Shown here: one piece after another, positions 22,905-34,784 of the stretch
Numbering within the stretch: the stretch's first letter is position 1
Layout of the letters: every line of letters starts with the position of its first letter
Assembly (NCBI GenBank): GCA_040954595.2
Contig: CM082595.2
Location: 9,088,067 to 9,152,066, forward strand
Direction of reading: 5' to 3'
Origin: Balanoglossus misakiensis
Taxonomy: Eukaryota; Animalia; Hemichordata
DNA length: 64,000 bases
Program-made: the position numbers and the translations under genes
Notes under the pieces: generated by a model
The model's database searches: none
The model's input: the letters and a program-made list of their open reading frames with translations, nothing else
What the model was told of the DNA's origin: nothing

Positions 22905-25900
22905 GGGCTGGGGGCTGCAGGCAGAATATATGACCAAAGGATACGCGTGAAAAAAAGACAATTACCTACTTTGCTACCGTGGGTCTTTGACTAATTAAAA
23001 CATGATAACGTGCATCAAAGCCAGCCGATGCTTCAGGGGCATAGTATTCCTGAGTTTATACGCGAAGAAACCAAGAAATATTCATGAGTATGTAGACGGA
23101 ACTTGTCTTTTAGCTCAAATTTGACCTGGCTTGAGGTCACTGTGACAGCGCAGCCAGCGGTAGAATTGGGGTAGGCATGAAGAACATATCTACTACAAAA
23201 ACTGGTGAGGGCGGGGGGGGGAGATGGGGGGGGTGGGGGCTTTTCAGTTTAGTCACGGTCCTTGGTTTTGGCCTTCGGCTTCACTAGAAAAGCCAAAAAA
23301 CCACAATGCCGAAGGCCAACTCGTCGAAGCACCTGGTACGTCTATGGCAGAAGTCAGTATTTACATGTTCTGACTCGGTACACGCCATGCACTTGCCAAG
23401 AGATTCCACGAGGAATACCATGATGATGAACGGCTCGGGCGTCTTCGTGTGCACGAAGACACGATACTAGACTTCATTGACCCTGTCTCATTCTTTTCTT
23501 TTCATGCGCATAAGGACATGAAAAGTCGACCTAACCTTTTGTTTTATCACTTACTGTGGTTTTATAGGGATGCTGTGAGTGAAAAAGTGGCACATTCGGG
23601 TTGTTGCCTTATACTTAATTTCTCCATTTCTATTGGAGCAGGCTACACCGGGCCCAGGGTCGAACTTAAACCAATTTGCAGCCGTGATGGTCGAACAATG
23701 TCCGACAAACTTTAGGCACGTCAAGCTTATGCCTTCCTGGGTCGCCCGACAAGAATGAACTTCTATTTTAACGATAGGGCCTATTCTAATCGATACCCGC
23801 CGTATCAGTCACGCAATAATGAACACGAAATCCAGATCCCCCAAAATGATGTTTCACTAGACTCGGGGAGAGTGCTGTTTAGTACCAACAGGCAATTAAA
23901 GGTATACGGTCACCTATGGAAAATTAGCTATAGTTACCATGGCAAATTGAGATGTAGCCAATCACAGATTTTTAGTGGGTGGCACACGCGAAAAAAGAGC
24001 GCCGCCATATGTTCTCATCTCAGCCATATATGGTCCTATGTAACCACCTCATGTCATTTACAGAATTGGAACACCCTAAAGAATGTCATGCAGACAATGT
24101 CACGTGTTGTTCCATGACCAACCAAACTACAAACTCATGTCCAAATCAATTAAATTCCAAAGAATGCTCCAAATATGCAGAATTGCCACGCAAGTCGAGC
24201 ATACTTAAGCACTCTGCACAACTGAAACATAAAATCCAAGCTTTTAACAATACAACAATAAACAATCCATTCTGATCGAATTAATGACCAAATAAAACGA
24301 AAAACACAACTCGACCCACAAAAAGTATACGAAGCGCTTTTAATCGCTCATTAATGTTTGATCTCGAGGAGACGTGTTAAAAAATCCGCTATGAAAAGCA
24401 GGGGAGAACAATAGCCTATTTTTACCAGGTAAACAAACACCAGGTAAAAATCCACCCATGCTTCCAGACCGCTCTAGGATAGTGATCCACCCAATGAAAC
24501 TGTATCTCTTTAACTTTAATTTGCAAACTCGTGGAATTGATCATTTTATAAATCGCTCCATTTTGACGTTTTCTCTGTGGTTTGTTAATACGAATTTTGT
24601 CTGTGCCAAATCTGTCCTCTAATACTGTCACTTGTATTAGAGTTCAAATAACACAGAAGTATAATACAACGTTTTGAAAAAGACAGACATTTTTCGTGGG
24701 AACGGTGATATACTTAGGCCACACTCGAGCTAAAAACAAAAGTCTATATTTTATCAAAAATGCCTTGGACGCACAAACATCTACAGGATGTGGAAGGGGC
24801 GGGTCAAAACCGCGATCTACAACTGTGCCTCCCCCCCCCCCGGCTGTCTTGCTTCTATTTGGAGTGTCAATGTGTGATTTAGCGTTGTTTGCGGCAGATA
24901 CTAAGCTTTGTTCTTGTTTCACTCCATTTGCTGCATTGTGCTGTGCTCTGGTATTTCTCCAGGGTCTACGGTTACACTATAGGCTGATTAGTCGTATCTT
25001 TACTACACAGACAAAAAACTTCGAAGCTTTATGTCTGTGCCTTTTATGAACAAGCATCGTCCGATTCGAATTCGACTCGTCATCGGTAGCTATGTTTATT
25101 TCGCCCTTGGAGACCTCCCCTGGCCTCGTTAGGATGACTGTTACCAGGACTACCTTAAACCAATCTTTTCGAACCGGACGGTACACACGACATGTCTATG
25201 TTAATTGTCCAGGTACCAGAGTGTACGTGTGGGCTCCCTAAACCCCTCATTGGCGGCCGGTCCCTGTCCGAATAAACACGTTTGACAGACAAAAAATGAT
25301 GAACAAGTGGCTTACTTCAATACTTCGTTAACTAGACGGCTGAACTCTGAATGTTGATTCAGCAAAAAAAATGTGTTTACGGCAAGGTTTTGATCAATAC
25401 GACACATTTACCATTGAAAACGCCCAAAGTAAGTGGGGGCGTTTGACCATCAATCAAACCCACGCCCAGGTGCATGTGAACGGCCGAAGCAGTGTAACGT
25501 TTCACATTCCGTGCAACGTCCGACACTGTGTGAAAGCGGTTGCTGTCGGGTGGCTTGACCTAATTTTCGTACATTGATATGCATTTGACACCTCACTACC
25601 TGTTTTCTTAATATTGCTAAAACTTTGCGTTGAAATATCACTGAAATGTTGATGATCCACGCACAAGTCGTCTACCCCGGCATGAAAAGCTTTTATACAA
25701 GAAAACTAATTGCACATGACCACCAAGGTCATACCGCAAGGTGTGTCTAAATGTCAAGGAAGGACATTGGGAGGGGGGACTTGGGTCGAGAACGACCATG
25801 ACGGAGGAAAAACCGACAAGTCATTGTGTAACCTGTTTACTTGCCAATAGTCAAACGTCAAAATTTACTCTCAACTTGGTTGCAGATCGAGTCTCCCGAA

Positions 25901-26589
25901 TTTCCAACTTTTATGATTGGGTAAATACCGATATGCGACTGGTATGCGACGCGTTGACGACGCGAAGATTTTGTTGAAATCAAATGGTTTGTCAAATGTC
26001 ATCTCACAGTGGAGATACCGTGGTCATCTGACATGAAAGGGTTCGATTGGGTCTGACCGCCGTCGTTCATCCATGCTTAGAAAGCGGCGATCATGGTACA
26101 ATGTAAAACCAAGGTCAAACCTTACTGAACACATGTATTGCATGGAGAAACTTTTCTCCCTGTCTGTGTACTGAACACGTACCGTGATTGCCATAGTTAC
26201 AAACGTTACCACGTGAGAGAGAGTGCATTTTACATCTGTCTTTTCAATTTTGTTGCTTTCTTACTATTCGGAATGATGGAGTCGAAACGAAAACTTTTTG
26301 CTTCAGGTGGACCTAGGGGAAATACCTTATTTGTGACTTTTTTCATGACCCTAAAAAGACGTCGGAATTAATGTGGCTGAGGTCACTCAGGACGACGGAA
26401 TGGTTGAGCGATTTTATTTTATGAGCTCCCACTAGTATTTGTTTTATTGTTTCGGCAGTGTGTCGCGTTATTCGAGCAATCTGCAGTCTGAAAACGAACG
26501 GTTTTCAAAGTTTATAACAGAAGAACAGGGGTTTAAGCATGAAAGGTCCTGTTGTCTCCCTCGCTGTGTTTGTGTCACTGTGTCTTTGA

Positions 26590-26790
26590 CGTCTGACTGA
26601 CTGATTAACTGGCTGACTGACTTACTGACTGTCTGTCAACGTCGGTCTGTCTGACTGTCTGCCCCCTCTCTCTGAGAGAGAGAGTGAGCGAGCGAGCGAG
26701 CGAGCGACCGATGAGTGTCTCTACTGATGAATGTTGCTCTGTCTGTCTGCTTGTGTCTGTCTGCCACTCTGCCTGTTTCACTCTGTCTCT
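26590..26790. repeat. Compound microsatellite (GACT)n/(CTGT)n/(GA)n/(GAGC)n
   Basis: Direct reading of the sequence. Confidence 0.8.
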
Positions 26791-27362
26791 CCTAATTTCT
26801 TTAAATTTAGGGATATGCTATTAATGCGATATGAAAGTCAGACACGACGGAAACCTTTTATTCTCAAAACTGTCTGTTGTTTGCTGTTAAATATTGCAAA
26901 ATGTTAAGGGCCCTTTTCGCACGAGACACATGGCTTTCCAGCCGTAGCTCCCAGTGTCATAACGATTACCCGAACTACCCTAATTTTAGCCCGCCGACCC
27001 AAAACAGTTTAGATCTTCGTAAACCGGAAGTAAAAATAACGATGTCAAATATACAACAATTCATGAAAATTGCGAGAATCACGCAAGAACTATGATCTCA
27101 TTCTTCTACACTACGACGGCCAAAGATATAAAAAAATTGAAAAATAAAAAAATGTCCCTTTCTACCTACCCTATTTTTGAAAACCATGTAATCGGAATAG
27201 CACATATTAGTTTTTTTGGCCTGAGACATATCCAATTTCCCAACTGAACATGACACGTGATCAAGCATTTTCGACTTATCAGATGCAATCGCTGAACACC
27301 TCACATTAAGCGAGGTTTTGTCTGTCTTTATACGCGCCCTTTGTATTTGTGCGTGACATGTC

Positions 27363-28006
27363 TGTCACGGTTGTCGCCGTTCATTCCAACATATTCACAC
27401 CAAACAGGTTACGGGTAACAAAGACATAGGCCTTACATTTAATAACTGAAATGGAACAAATACATGTCAGTTCCAACGTGTGTGGCCGGTCTGGCTACAG
27501 AGGTGAACTGCTAAATTACACACATGTATGGGAGTTCACCTCCAACAGAATACACCAAAATTCATGCAAGTGAAAAATATAGACATACAATTGGAAAATT
27601 GACGCAAGTTAAAGACACCAATTACTTGTGCTGAAATGAGTCGGTAGAATGCACCAAAATACAAAGCTTCAAGCAACAGGTAAGGTACAAGGAAACTAAC
27701 CTGAAATGGAACAAATACATGTCAGTTCCACAACGTGTGTGGCCGGTCTGGCTACAGAGGTGAACTGACCAATTTTATGCACCATGTCCTTTTATATCAG
27801 CAATTACATCATAGTGCCAGATTAGCTTGTGTTCATTGGTCAAATGAAACTTCCAGGTGGTTTGCATATAATTAAGATCAACCAATTGAAGGTAAGTACT
27901 ATTACGTCATATGAATAATTGAATAACTAATTACTATAAGATACAGGTATAACATACATACAGATATACATGTATACAAATTCAATGGATCAACAAGGCC
28001 GTTACA
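27363..28006 (-). repeat. 3' LTR
   Basis: Identical by eye to 34785-35428; preceded on the minus strand by a short, weak purine tract (GCAGGGGTGCG). Confidence 0.97.
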
Positions 28007-28065
28007 CGCACCCCTGCGAGGAGAAATGGCGTCCTCGTCATTTAAAGTAAGTTAAAGATATTTGA

Positions 28066-31000
28066 TTAATAGTGGCAATTAATAAATGGTATAGAAGATA
28101 AAGTCGTATGAGCAAACTGTTTTAGATTCCATTGTTCGGGACTATATCTATCTGGAGGTCGTCTCTGTCGTGTAGGATAGCGTGGTTCAGGTTGAGTACT
28201 ACTACTGGAGTCAGGACTGATGTTGGTTGTAGCAGGAGTGATACCATCTGGATCGCTCGATGACCAACCATCCGTACTTTGCAAAATATGATTCGAGAAA
28301 TCTGAGGTAAGTGCTTGAGAAGGTCCATCCGGATTAACCATACTTGTGGGGTTGTCCATCAGGGAACTTTCTCTTCTGGATGGGATGAATTCTGCAGCAG
28401 TAGGATTAAGAGCATTGTGTTCTGTTGGCAAGTTGATAGTTGACACGAATTGCAATTTACCAATGCCGTCATCCTCTTCGTCCACTGCATCCTGGGTAGC
28501 ATCGTTGATAACACCCGGTACACTCTGCTTAACATCACGCTGCGTCATCTTGGTGTTAACATCGTCATCCAGTTCGTCCGGAATTATTGGTATTGGGAGT
28601 AGCAAATTTCTATGTAGTGTCCGCTTCCTTCCACCCTTAACTTGTTTTTGTACCACGTATACTGGAATGTCTTCTATGGGCTGTGAAATCACTGTATATG
28701 GATCCTTTTCCCATTGGTCTGCCAATTTGTAATTGTCTTTAGGTCCTGTATTCTTCACCAACACAGTATCACCAGGTTGTATTATGGCCACCTTCACTTT
28801 TCTATCATATGACTTCTTCTGCCGTTCACCAGACTTAACAGACCGTTCCGTTGCTACTTTATAGGCGTAATCCAACCGTTCGGCAAGTTTCGTCACATAA
28901 TCTGAAACTGTTCCACCATATTCTAGGTTGGTCTGGTCTGCATGTCCAGATACATCTATAGGCAGTCTTGGTTCACGACCAAACATCAAAAAGAAAGGTG
29001 AATATCCGGTGCTTTCATGCTTTGTAGAATTATAGGCATGAACCATCGTATTGACATGTGAAGCCCATCTTGTTTTGTTGTCTTCATTCATAGTTCCCAG
29101 CATCTGTAATAACGTCTTATTAAATCGTTCGCACATTCCATTTCCCTGGGGGTGGTATGGAGTGGTCCTGGACTTCTTGATATTTGCTATTCGGCAAAGT
29201 TCCTGAATTGTAGACGACTCAAAGTTTCGCCCCTGGTCACTGTGTAATCGTCCTGGGAACCCATAATGCAAAATCAAATGTTCAAACAATGCTTTGGCAG
29301 TTGTTTTGGCAGACTGGTTCTTTGTAGGTACTGCTATAGCGTATCGAGTGAAATGGTCCGTCATCACTAATATGTTGCTATATCCTTGATCTGGTGTTGG
29401 TATATGGAGAAAGTCGATGCACACCATTTCCATCGGTTGTGATGTGTGAATATTAACCAAGGGAGTTCTGGGTAAGGAAGTTGAACTTTTCCTGCGAATG
29501 CATGGTAAACAATGTTCCACTTTCTTTTGAACATCCATCGACATCCTAGGCCAGTAGAATCTTCGTCGTACCAGATCCAGGGTTTTATCTTGGCCAAAGT
29601 GTCCAAGTTTATCATGTAGTTCCTCCAGGACATCTTTTCTATGGTGTACTGGTAAGACAAGTTGCAAATATTGTATATCATCGATGAAGCATTTCCTGTA
29701 TAGGACTCCATTCTTCAGAACAAGGCGTTTCCAATCTCGTATAAGTAGTCTGATATCTCCTGTATGATCTCTCATAAGTGGTTTGTGGTCCTTTTCAAGC
29801 TGATCAGTCACATACCGTATTGTTGAATCTTTGGACTGCTCCGTCTTCCAGAACACATCATCCCCACCTTGAACTACTGCAGGTCTGTCCTCATCTGCTA
29901 CCATTCCGAATGAAGTTACGTATGGACCTTCTGTTGCTCGACAAAGCGCCTGGACTACATCGGCTCCCAGATTGGTTTCCGTCTCTGGATTCTCTCTATT
30001 CCATGGAATCCTAGACAAAGCGTCAGCCTCTATATTCTTCTTACCACTCCGGTAAACAATAGAGAAGTCGTACAATGACAAGTCTGACAACCATCTGTGT
30101 CCCACCGCATCCAGTTTCGCAGAAGTTAACACATACGTCAAAGGGTTGTTGTCTGTAAACACAGTGAATTTGCTTCCATACAGGTAGTCGTTGAACTTCT
30201 TGGTGACGGCCCATTTCAGTGCCAAAAATTCTAATTTATGAGCTGGATAATTACTTTCAGACTTGGTGAGTCCTCTACTTGCATAGGCAATTACTCTGAG
30301 AATACCTTTCTGGCGTTGATACAGCACTGCTCCCAGACCTGTGGAACTTGCATCAGTATGTATTTCAAATGGAAGTGAGTAGTCAGCAAAGGCTAGTATT
30401 GGTGACGACATTAGGCTCTTCCTCAGAGTGTCGAAAGCTTGTTGTTCCTGTTGTCCCCACTGGAGTTTTTCAAATTTTCCCGCCTTATTCCTTGACTGAC
30501 GTCCACACAGCAAGTCGTTAAGTGGCTTGGCAATATTACTGTAGCTTTGGATAAATCTCCTGTAATACCCTGCAAATCCAAGAAATCTTCTCAGTTCTGT
30601 TACAGTAGTGGGTATTGGCCATTCCTTCAGAGCTGCTACCTTGTCTGGGTCCGTTGTAATTCCGTCGGCTGATACCACGTGTCCAAGATATTTCACCTTC
30701 TTCTGGAATAAAACACATTTCGTTGCCTTCAACTTTAATCCATGTGATGCCAGCCGCTGGAATACCCGCTCCAATCTATTGAGGTGGTCTTCAAAAGTCT
30801 TCGAAAATACTATGATGTCATCTAAATACACACAACATTCTCTGAACGCCAATTCTCCAAAACACTTCTCCATGAGACGCTGGAAAGTTGCAGGTGCGTT
30901 GGTCAGACCCATAGACATACGGTTGAATTCAAATAAGCCGAAGTTTCCCACCGTGAAAGCTGTCTTCGCTTTGTCGTCTTCCGCCATCTCTACTTGGTAA

Positions 31001-32325
31001 TATCCAGACCGTAGATCAAGCGATGAAAACCACTCGGCGTTACTAAGGTTATCAAGCGTATCCAATACCCGGGGTAATGCGTAAGCGTCTTTAATGGTTT
31101 TGGCGTTGAGACGTCTATAATCAATACACACCCTCAGCTTCCCATCAGGTTTTCTGACACATACAACATTTGAGGACCACGGGCTGTTTGATTCTCTAAT
31201 CACACCACTCTGTAGCATATCTTGCAGGTACTGTTGCAATTCTTCGTACATACCCATAGGGATTCGACGGTATTTATCTTTAAAGGGGGTTTCATCCGTT
31301 AACTTTATCGAATGTGTTACCAATGTTGTGTGTCCCAAATCTCTCTCACCTGTAGAGAACACGGTTTGCCATTTACCAATGGTAGCCAAGGCTTGGTCTT
31401 TCTGGATTTCTGTTAATTCTGTATCTGCCTCTTGTAATCCCAGGTCTTGTATCAGCCAATCGGGTACTTTTGGTGAGGTGGTCCCATCTGAGTTTGTATC
31501 AATATCATCTCCATATGGATCTAAAGGCTGTGAGACATTAGATGCTAAGTTCATGTTACATAGGGTGCTTTTAGGGGGAACTGTGACAGCATGTGCTCCA
31601 TAGTTGGTCACCATTACTGGGATTCGACACGAATTACCACGAGGCTCTAACTTCAACACGGCTGGAGTAACAAGTAAACCACCAGGTAAAAGTCTGTCAT
31701 TTTCTGGTTCCACCACAACTACTGATTGACAATTTCTTAGGTCCACTCTGCAAAATCCATGGATGACTGTGCGTTCGTATGGTCCAATGGTTGTGGGTTT
31801 AGTAGTGGTAACTGTAAATGTCCTACCTTCGGCCCTCTGCCGGTGGATAGTCGCTTGGTATGCTAGTCTCCATACTGAGGATAGGTCTGTACTGTACTGT
31901 GTATCTTCATCCACAAAATGTTGGAGAACATTTGTGCCTATCACAACTGGAACCATCTGATTATATTCCGTGTCTTCAACAACAAGCAATAATACATCTT
32001 TAGACATCTCTTGTCCATGGCTATCTGGGAATTTCACTTCAACTTCAATATAACCAAGGTAAGGAACTTCTGTACCACTAGCCCCTTCTACCTTCACCAA
32101 GTTGTTCAGGTCATGAATTGGTTTCTGTAGCTTCTCTCTGTTAAAAGTGTCAGCAACAGTAGATACCATGGACCCGGTGTCTATCAGCGCAATACACGAG
32201 GATCCTTCCAACACAATCTCAGTTTCATTGGCGTGGCCTATTAAAGAATCAATAACATTAGAGGGACTGTTACCGTTCCGACCTAGCGCATGTCCCTCCG
32301 GATGCCTGGTCGCTCCCCATTTAAA
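28066..32325 (-). CDS. pol: Pol polyprotein (protease, RT, RNase H, integrase), expressed by -1 frameshift
   Basis: LIDTGS, LRVCIDYRRLN, YLDD, HTDASSTGLGAVL, HHCC zinc finger, HSDQGRNF, GNGMCERFN; the frame is open upstream to the slippery site at 32325-32319. Confidence 0.97.
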   Translation of the reverse strand, partial: FKWGATRHPEGHALGRNGNSPSNVIDSLIGHANETEIVLEGSSCIALIDTGSMVSTVADTFNREKLQKPIHDLNNLVKVEGASGTEVPYLGYIEVEVKFPDSHGQEMSKDVLLLVVEDTEYNQMVPVVIGTNVLQHFVDEDTQYSTDLSSVWRLAYQATIHRQRAEGRTFTVTTTKPTTIGPYERTVIHGFCRVDLRNCQSVVVVEPENDRLLPGGLLVTPAVLKLEPRGNSCRIPVMVTNYGAHAVTVPPKSTLCNMNLASNVSQPLDPYGDDIDTNSDGTTSPKVPDWLIQDLGLQEADTELTEIQKDQALATIGKWQTVFSTGERDLGHTTLVTHSIKLTDETPFKDKYRRIPMGMYEELQQYLQDMLQSGVIRESNSPWSSNVVCVRKPDGKLRVCIDYRRLNAKTIKDAYALPRVLDTLDNLSNAEWFSSLDLRSGYYQVEMAEDDKAKTAFTVGNFGLFEFNRMSMGLTNAPATFQRLMEKCFGELAFRECCVYLDDIIVFSKTFEDHLNRLERVFQRLASHGLKLKATKCVLFQKKVKYLGHVVSADGITTDPDKVAALKEWPIPTTVTELRRFLGFAGYYRRFIQSYSNIAKPLNDLLCGRQSRNKAGKFEKLQWGQQEQQAFDTLRKSLMSSPILAFADYSLPFEIHTDASSTGLGAVLYQRQKGILRVIAYASRGLTKSESNYPAHKLEFLALKWAVTKKFNDYLYGSKFTVFTDNNPLTYVLTSAKLDAVGHRWLSDLSLYDFSIVYRSGKKNIEADALSRIPWNRENPETETNLGADVVQALCRATEGPYVTSFGMVADEDRPAVVQGGDDVFWKTEQSKDSTIRYVTDQLEKDHKPLMRDHTGDIRLLIRDWKRLVLKNGVLYRKCFIDDIQYLQLVLPVHHRKDVLEELHDKLGHFGQDKTLDLVRRRFYWPRMSMDVQKKVEHCLPCIRRKSSTSLPRTPLVNIHTSQPMEMVCIDFLHIPTPDQGYSNILVMTDHFTRYAIAVPTKNQSAKTTAKALFEHLILHYGFPGRLHSDQGRNFESSTIQELCRIANIKKSRTTPYHPQGNGMCERFNKTLLQMLGTMNEDNKTRWASHVNTMVHAYNSTKHESTGYSPFFLMFGREPRLPIDVSGHADQTNLEYGGTVSDYVTKLAERLDYAYKVATERSVKSGERQKKSYDRKVKVAIIQPGDTVLVKNTGPKDNYKLADQWEKDPYTVISQPIEDIPVYVVQKQVKGGRKRTLHRNLLLPIPIIPDELDDDVNTKMTQRDVKQSVPGVINDATQDAVDEEDDGIGKLQFVSTINLPTEHNALNPTAAEFIPSRRESSLMDNPTSMVNPDGPSQALTSDFSNHILQSTDGWSSSDPDGITPATTNISPDSSSSTQPEPRYPTRQRRPPDRYSPEQWNLKQFAHTTLSSIPFINCHY

Positions 32326-33707
32326 GGACAGTCTGTCTTTTTGTGTCCATGTTCACCACACTTGAAGCAAGTGCCTGGGAAAACTTGTTTGGGTTGGCGA
32401 GTTCCATCGTTGCCACGCCGATCCCGGCCATTTTCATTGTTGACACGTCGGCGAAAAGTAGACTCTGGAGTTGATGATGTTGAAGTTCGCTTCTCTAGTT
32501 CAGCAACCTTCTCAGCTAAGTTCTTCAGACCTTTGGTAAGTTCCTCCAATTTGGTTATCATCGTCTTGTCAGCAACAGTTGCTTGGTGAACCCTGGTAGT
32601 GGTCTCCCTATTTACTTCAAGCTTTCTTGCGGCTAGCAACAATCCTGAATAATCTTCTCCCGTATCATATCGGTGTCTGATTGCATTCTTAATGTGCTCA
32701 TCTGACAGGCCAGACAAGAATTTGGTTCGAAGCATGGTTTCTTCTGAATTACTAGAGATGGACTGACCTGATCTGAGTTCATCCAAAAGTCCTTCGATGC
32801 GACAGGCCCATTCTGCTACCTTTTCTGTCTTCGTTTGTCGTGCTGTATAGAATTTTTCCAAAACTGCTTCCGGTGGCAATACTTTCCCAAAGACCATGTC
32901 CATCTTCGCCATCAATCGGGACACTGTGATGTCTTCTCCCATATGTAGTAGGACTTCAGCAGCGGACGCTCGTAGGGATTTCCGAACAGCCTGCATAATT
33001 ATGGTCTCCGGAAACACATTCTCCCTCTGTAGTGCTCGAACTTCATATCGCCACATTTCATAAGTGACATCACCTTTGCCAGAGAAGACGACTATTCTTG
33101 GGAATTCCACCGAGTGAAAAGCAGTAGTGGCTGTGGCTGGCTGTGCAGCAGCTGCTTGGGCAGGTGAAGACATAATAAATGGTGAAGAATCTGCAACTGA
33201 AGTTGGTACTGGAAATGCTGGAAATGGAATCGGCTGTGGCATAGGGGTTGATACGATTGGTTTCAGTGGAGCAGGTGATATGGCCTGTGCAACCGCTTTC
33301 CTATCTGCTTCAGACAGTAAACTCAACATGTTAATAATTTCCTGTACATCTGCTTTGGGTTTGGATGTCTTGGGATCACTGGTTTCATTGTAATCTAGGC
33401 CAGTACTTTGTTCGGTTTCCTCAATTAAATGCCACAGTTCCAACCCTCGGGCTGTGGTCACACGACTTGCCCGTAATTTGCTTTCTTCAAAAGTGATTTT
33501 ATGTATTACTGGCAGAGCGGCTGTGGCTGATTCTATATTCTCAAATATGACAAAAGCGGAATCTTTATCAGAAATATAAATTTGATCAACCTGGGCCAAA
33601 CCAAGCTGTAACTCGATAAATTCTCTAAAATGTTTCTTTGTACATTCAAAAGGCAAGTGTTGCACATAAATGCTTCGCTCTTGAATTGATATTTTGGACA
33701 CAGCCAT
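32283..33707 (-). CDS. gag: Gag (474 aa): N-terminal RRM-like domain, Pro-rich linker, PNMA-like capsid, coiled coil, CCHC zinc knuckle
   Basis: ATG at 33707; SIYVQHLP (RNP2-like), DSAFVIF (RNP1-like), FSGKGDVTYEMWRYEV...VRKSLRASAAEV...FYTARQTKTEKVAEWACRIE, CFKCGEHGHKKTDC. Confidence 0.93.
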   Translation of the reverse strand: MAVSKISIQERSIYVQHLPFECTKKHFREFIELQLGLAQVDQIYISDKDSAFVIFENIESATAALPVIHKITFEESKLRASRVTTARGLELWHLIEETEQSTGLDYNETSDPKTSKPKADVQEIINMLSLLSEADRKAVAQAISPAPLKPIVSTPMPQPIPFPAFPVPTSVADSSPFIMSSPAQAAAAQPATATTAFHSVEFPRIVVFSGKGDVTYEMWRYEVRALQRENVFPETIIMQAVRKSLRASAAEVLLHMGEDITVSRLMAKMDMVFGKVLPPEAVLEKFYTARQTKTEKVAEWACRIEGLLDELRSGQSISSNSEETMLRTKFLSGLSDEHIKNAIRHRYDTGEDYSGLLLAARKLEVNRETTTRVHQATVADKTMITKLEELTKGLKNLAEKVAELEKRTSTSSTPESTFRRRVNNENGRDRRGNDGTRQPKQVFPGTCFKCGEHGHKKTDCPLNGERPGIRRDMR

Positions 33708-34763
33708 TTTTTTTTTCCATACAATGAGAGGCAATTTGGGAGGACTCTGACGTGTCGTTAAATACGATGCAATGCAAGCTATTTCACTGGAAAATCTTAA
33801 CAATAATATCAGTATCTACTGGCATAGCACATACGTTAACAGGGAATGAAATAAGCATAGAATAGCTTACAGACACTGCCAAAGGTTCTATAGAGACTAA
33901 TGTATGATTTGGATGAATACGACCATTCATGGACAGTCTCAATAATAATGAAACAACTAAATAACTAATACAATAATAAACTAACTCAAGTCAATATACA
34001 ATATTTAACTTATAACTTAATATTTTTTTTTCAACAAGTGCTGACAAATTTTTTTTTTCCCATGTCGTTTGGAAAATAATGAACTGAAATTTACAAAGAA
34101 AATTATACTTCAGCACTTAACCAAAATATACTGTTGAAAGAAAATATTTTTTTTTTTCTTTTTAAAGCAGGCTAAAGGCAACAAAACATGGGTTTATATC
34201 CACATGGAGCCCACTTCAACAATTAAATCAAAGTCAAAACTACTTTGACCACATTGCATTATATAGACAATATTGAAATTTCTAAGAAAAATTTACAAAC
34301 ATTACGTTACACCAGGTTCTACGGCGAATAACCAGAAAGTTCGTTTGCAATAAAATACCCAGTCCACAAGTTCAAGTCCGAAGTTATCACAGATGGAAAC
34401 TATGCGCCACGGACGGAATTTATGCGCACTGTCTATAGTTCGCACGGAATAACACTGTCAAGTTCTGGACACACAATACCTTGTATACCGCGATGAACAC
34501 TTCACACTAAACAGTTCCGGCCGGTAACAGTTCAGCGACTTCACCACTTGGCACTCTGCAGAGAATTTTCCTCGCCGTTGACGCTTGGACCTGGCTCCCG
34601 TCTGTCTGCAGTCCGGGTGGCTCCCCAAGGACGTCCAGCTCAGCGAAAGACACACCTGGTTGGGCGTTGTCCGTTGTCCAGACACTTCTGACCAGTTAAA
34701 ACATGGCACTTGTCAGTATCATCCTCTCCGTCCCGAAAAAAAGAACTTGCGTAGGAATTGCCA

Positions 34764-34782
34764 AATCCTGCCGACTACGCCA
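34764..34782 (-). promoter_or_regulatory. Primer binding site complementary to the 3' end of tRNA-Ser
   Basis: TGGCGTAGTCGGCAGGATT, 2 nt inside the 5' LTR; complement of the AATCCTGCCGACTACG-CCA 3' end of animal tRNA-Ser(AGA). Confidence 0.9.
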
Positions 34783-34784
34783 TT

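Noticed and set aside
28007-28065. env or third ORF in the Gypsy element
   Set aside because: Only ~60 bp separate the pol stop from the 3' LTR.
28346-33393. Antisense ORFs overlapping gag and pol
   Set aside because: Short shadow ORFs with no recognisable motifs.
33708-33803. N-terminal extension of Gag shown in the ORF track
   Set aside because: It starts at a non-ATG codon; the first in-frame ATG in good context (AAAATGG) is at 33707.
34764-34782. tRNA-Ser gene
   Set aside because: Only the 3' 19 nt including CCA are present, next to the LTR, so it is a primer binding site.
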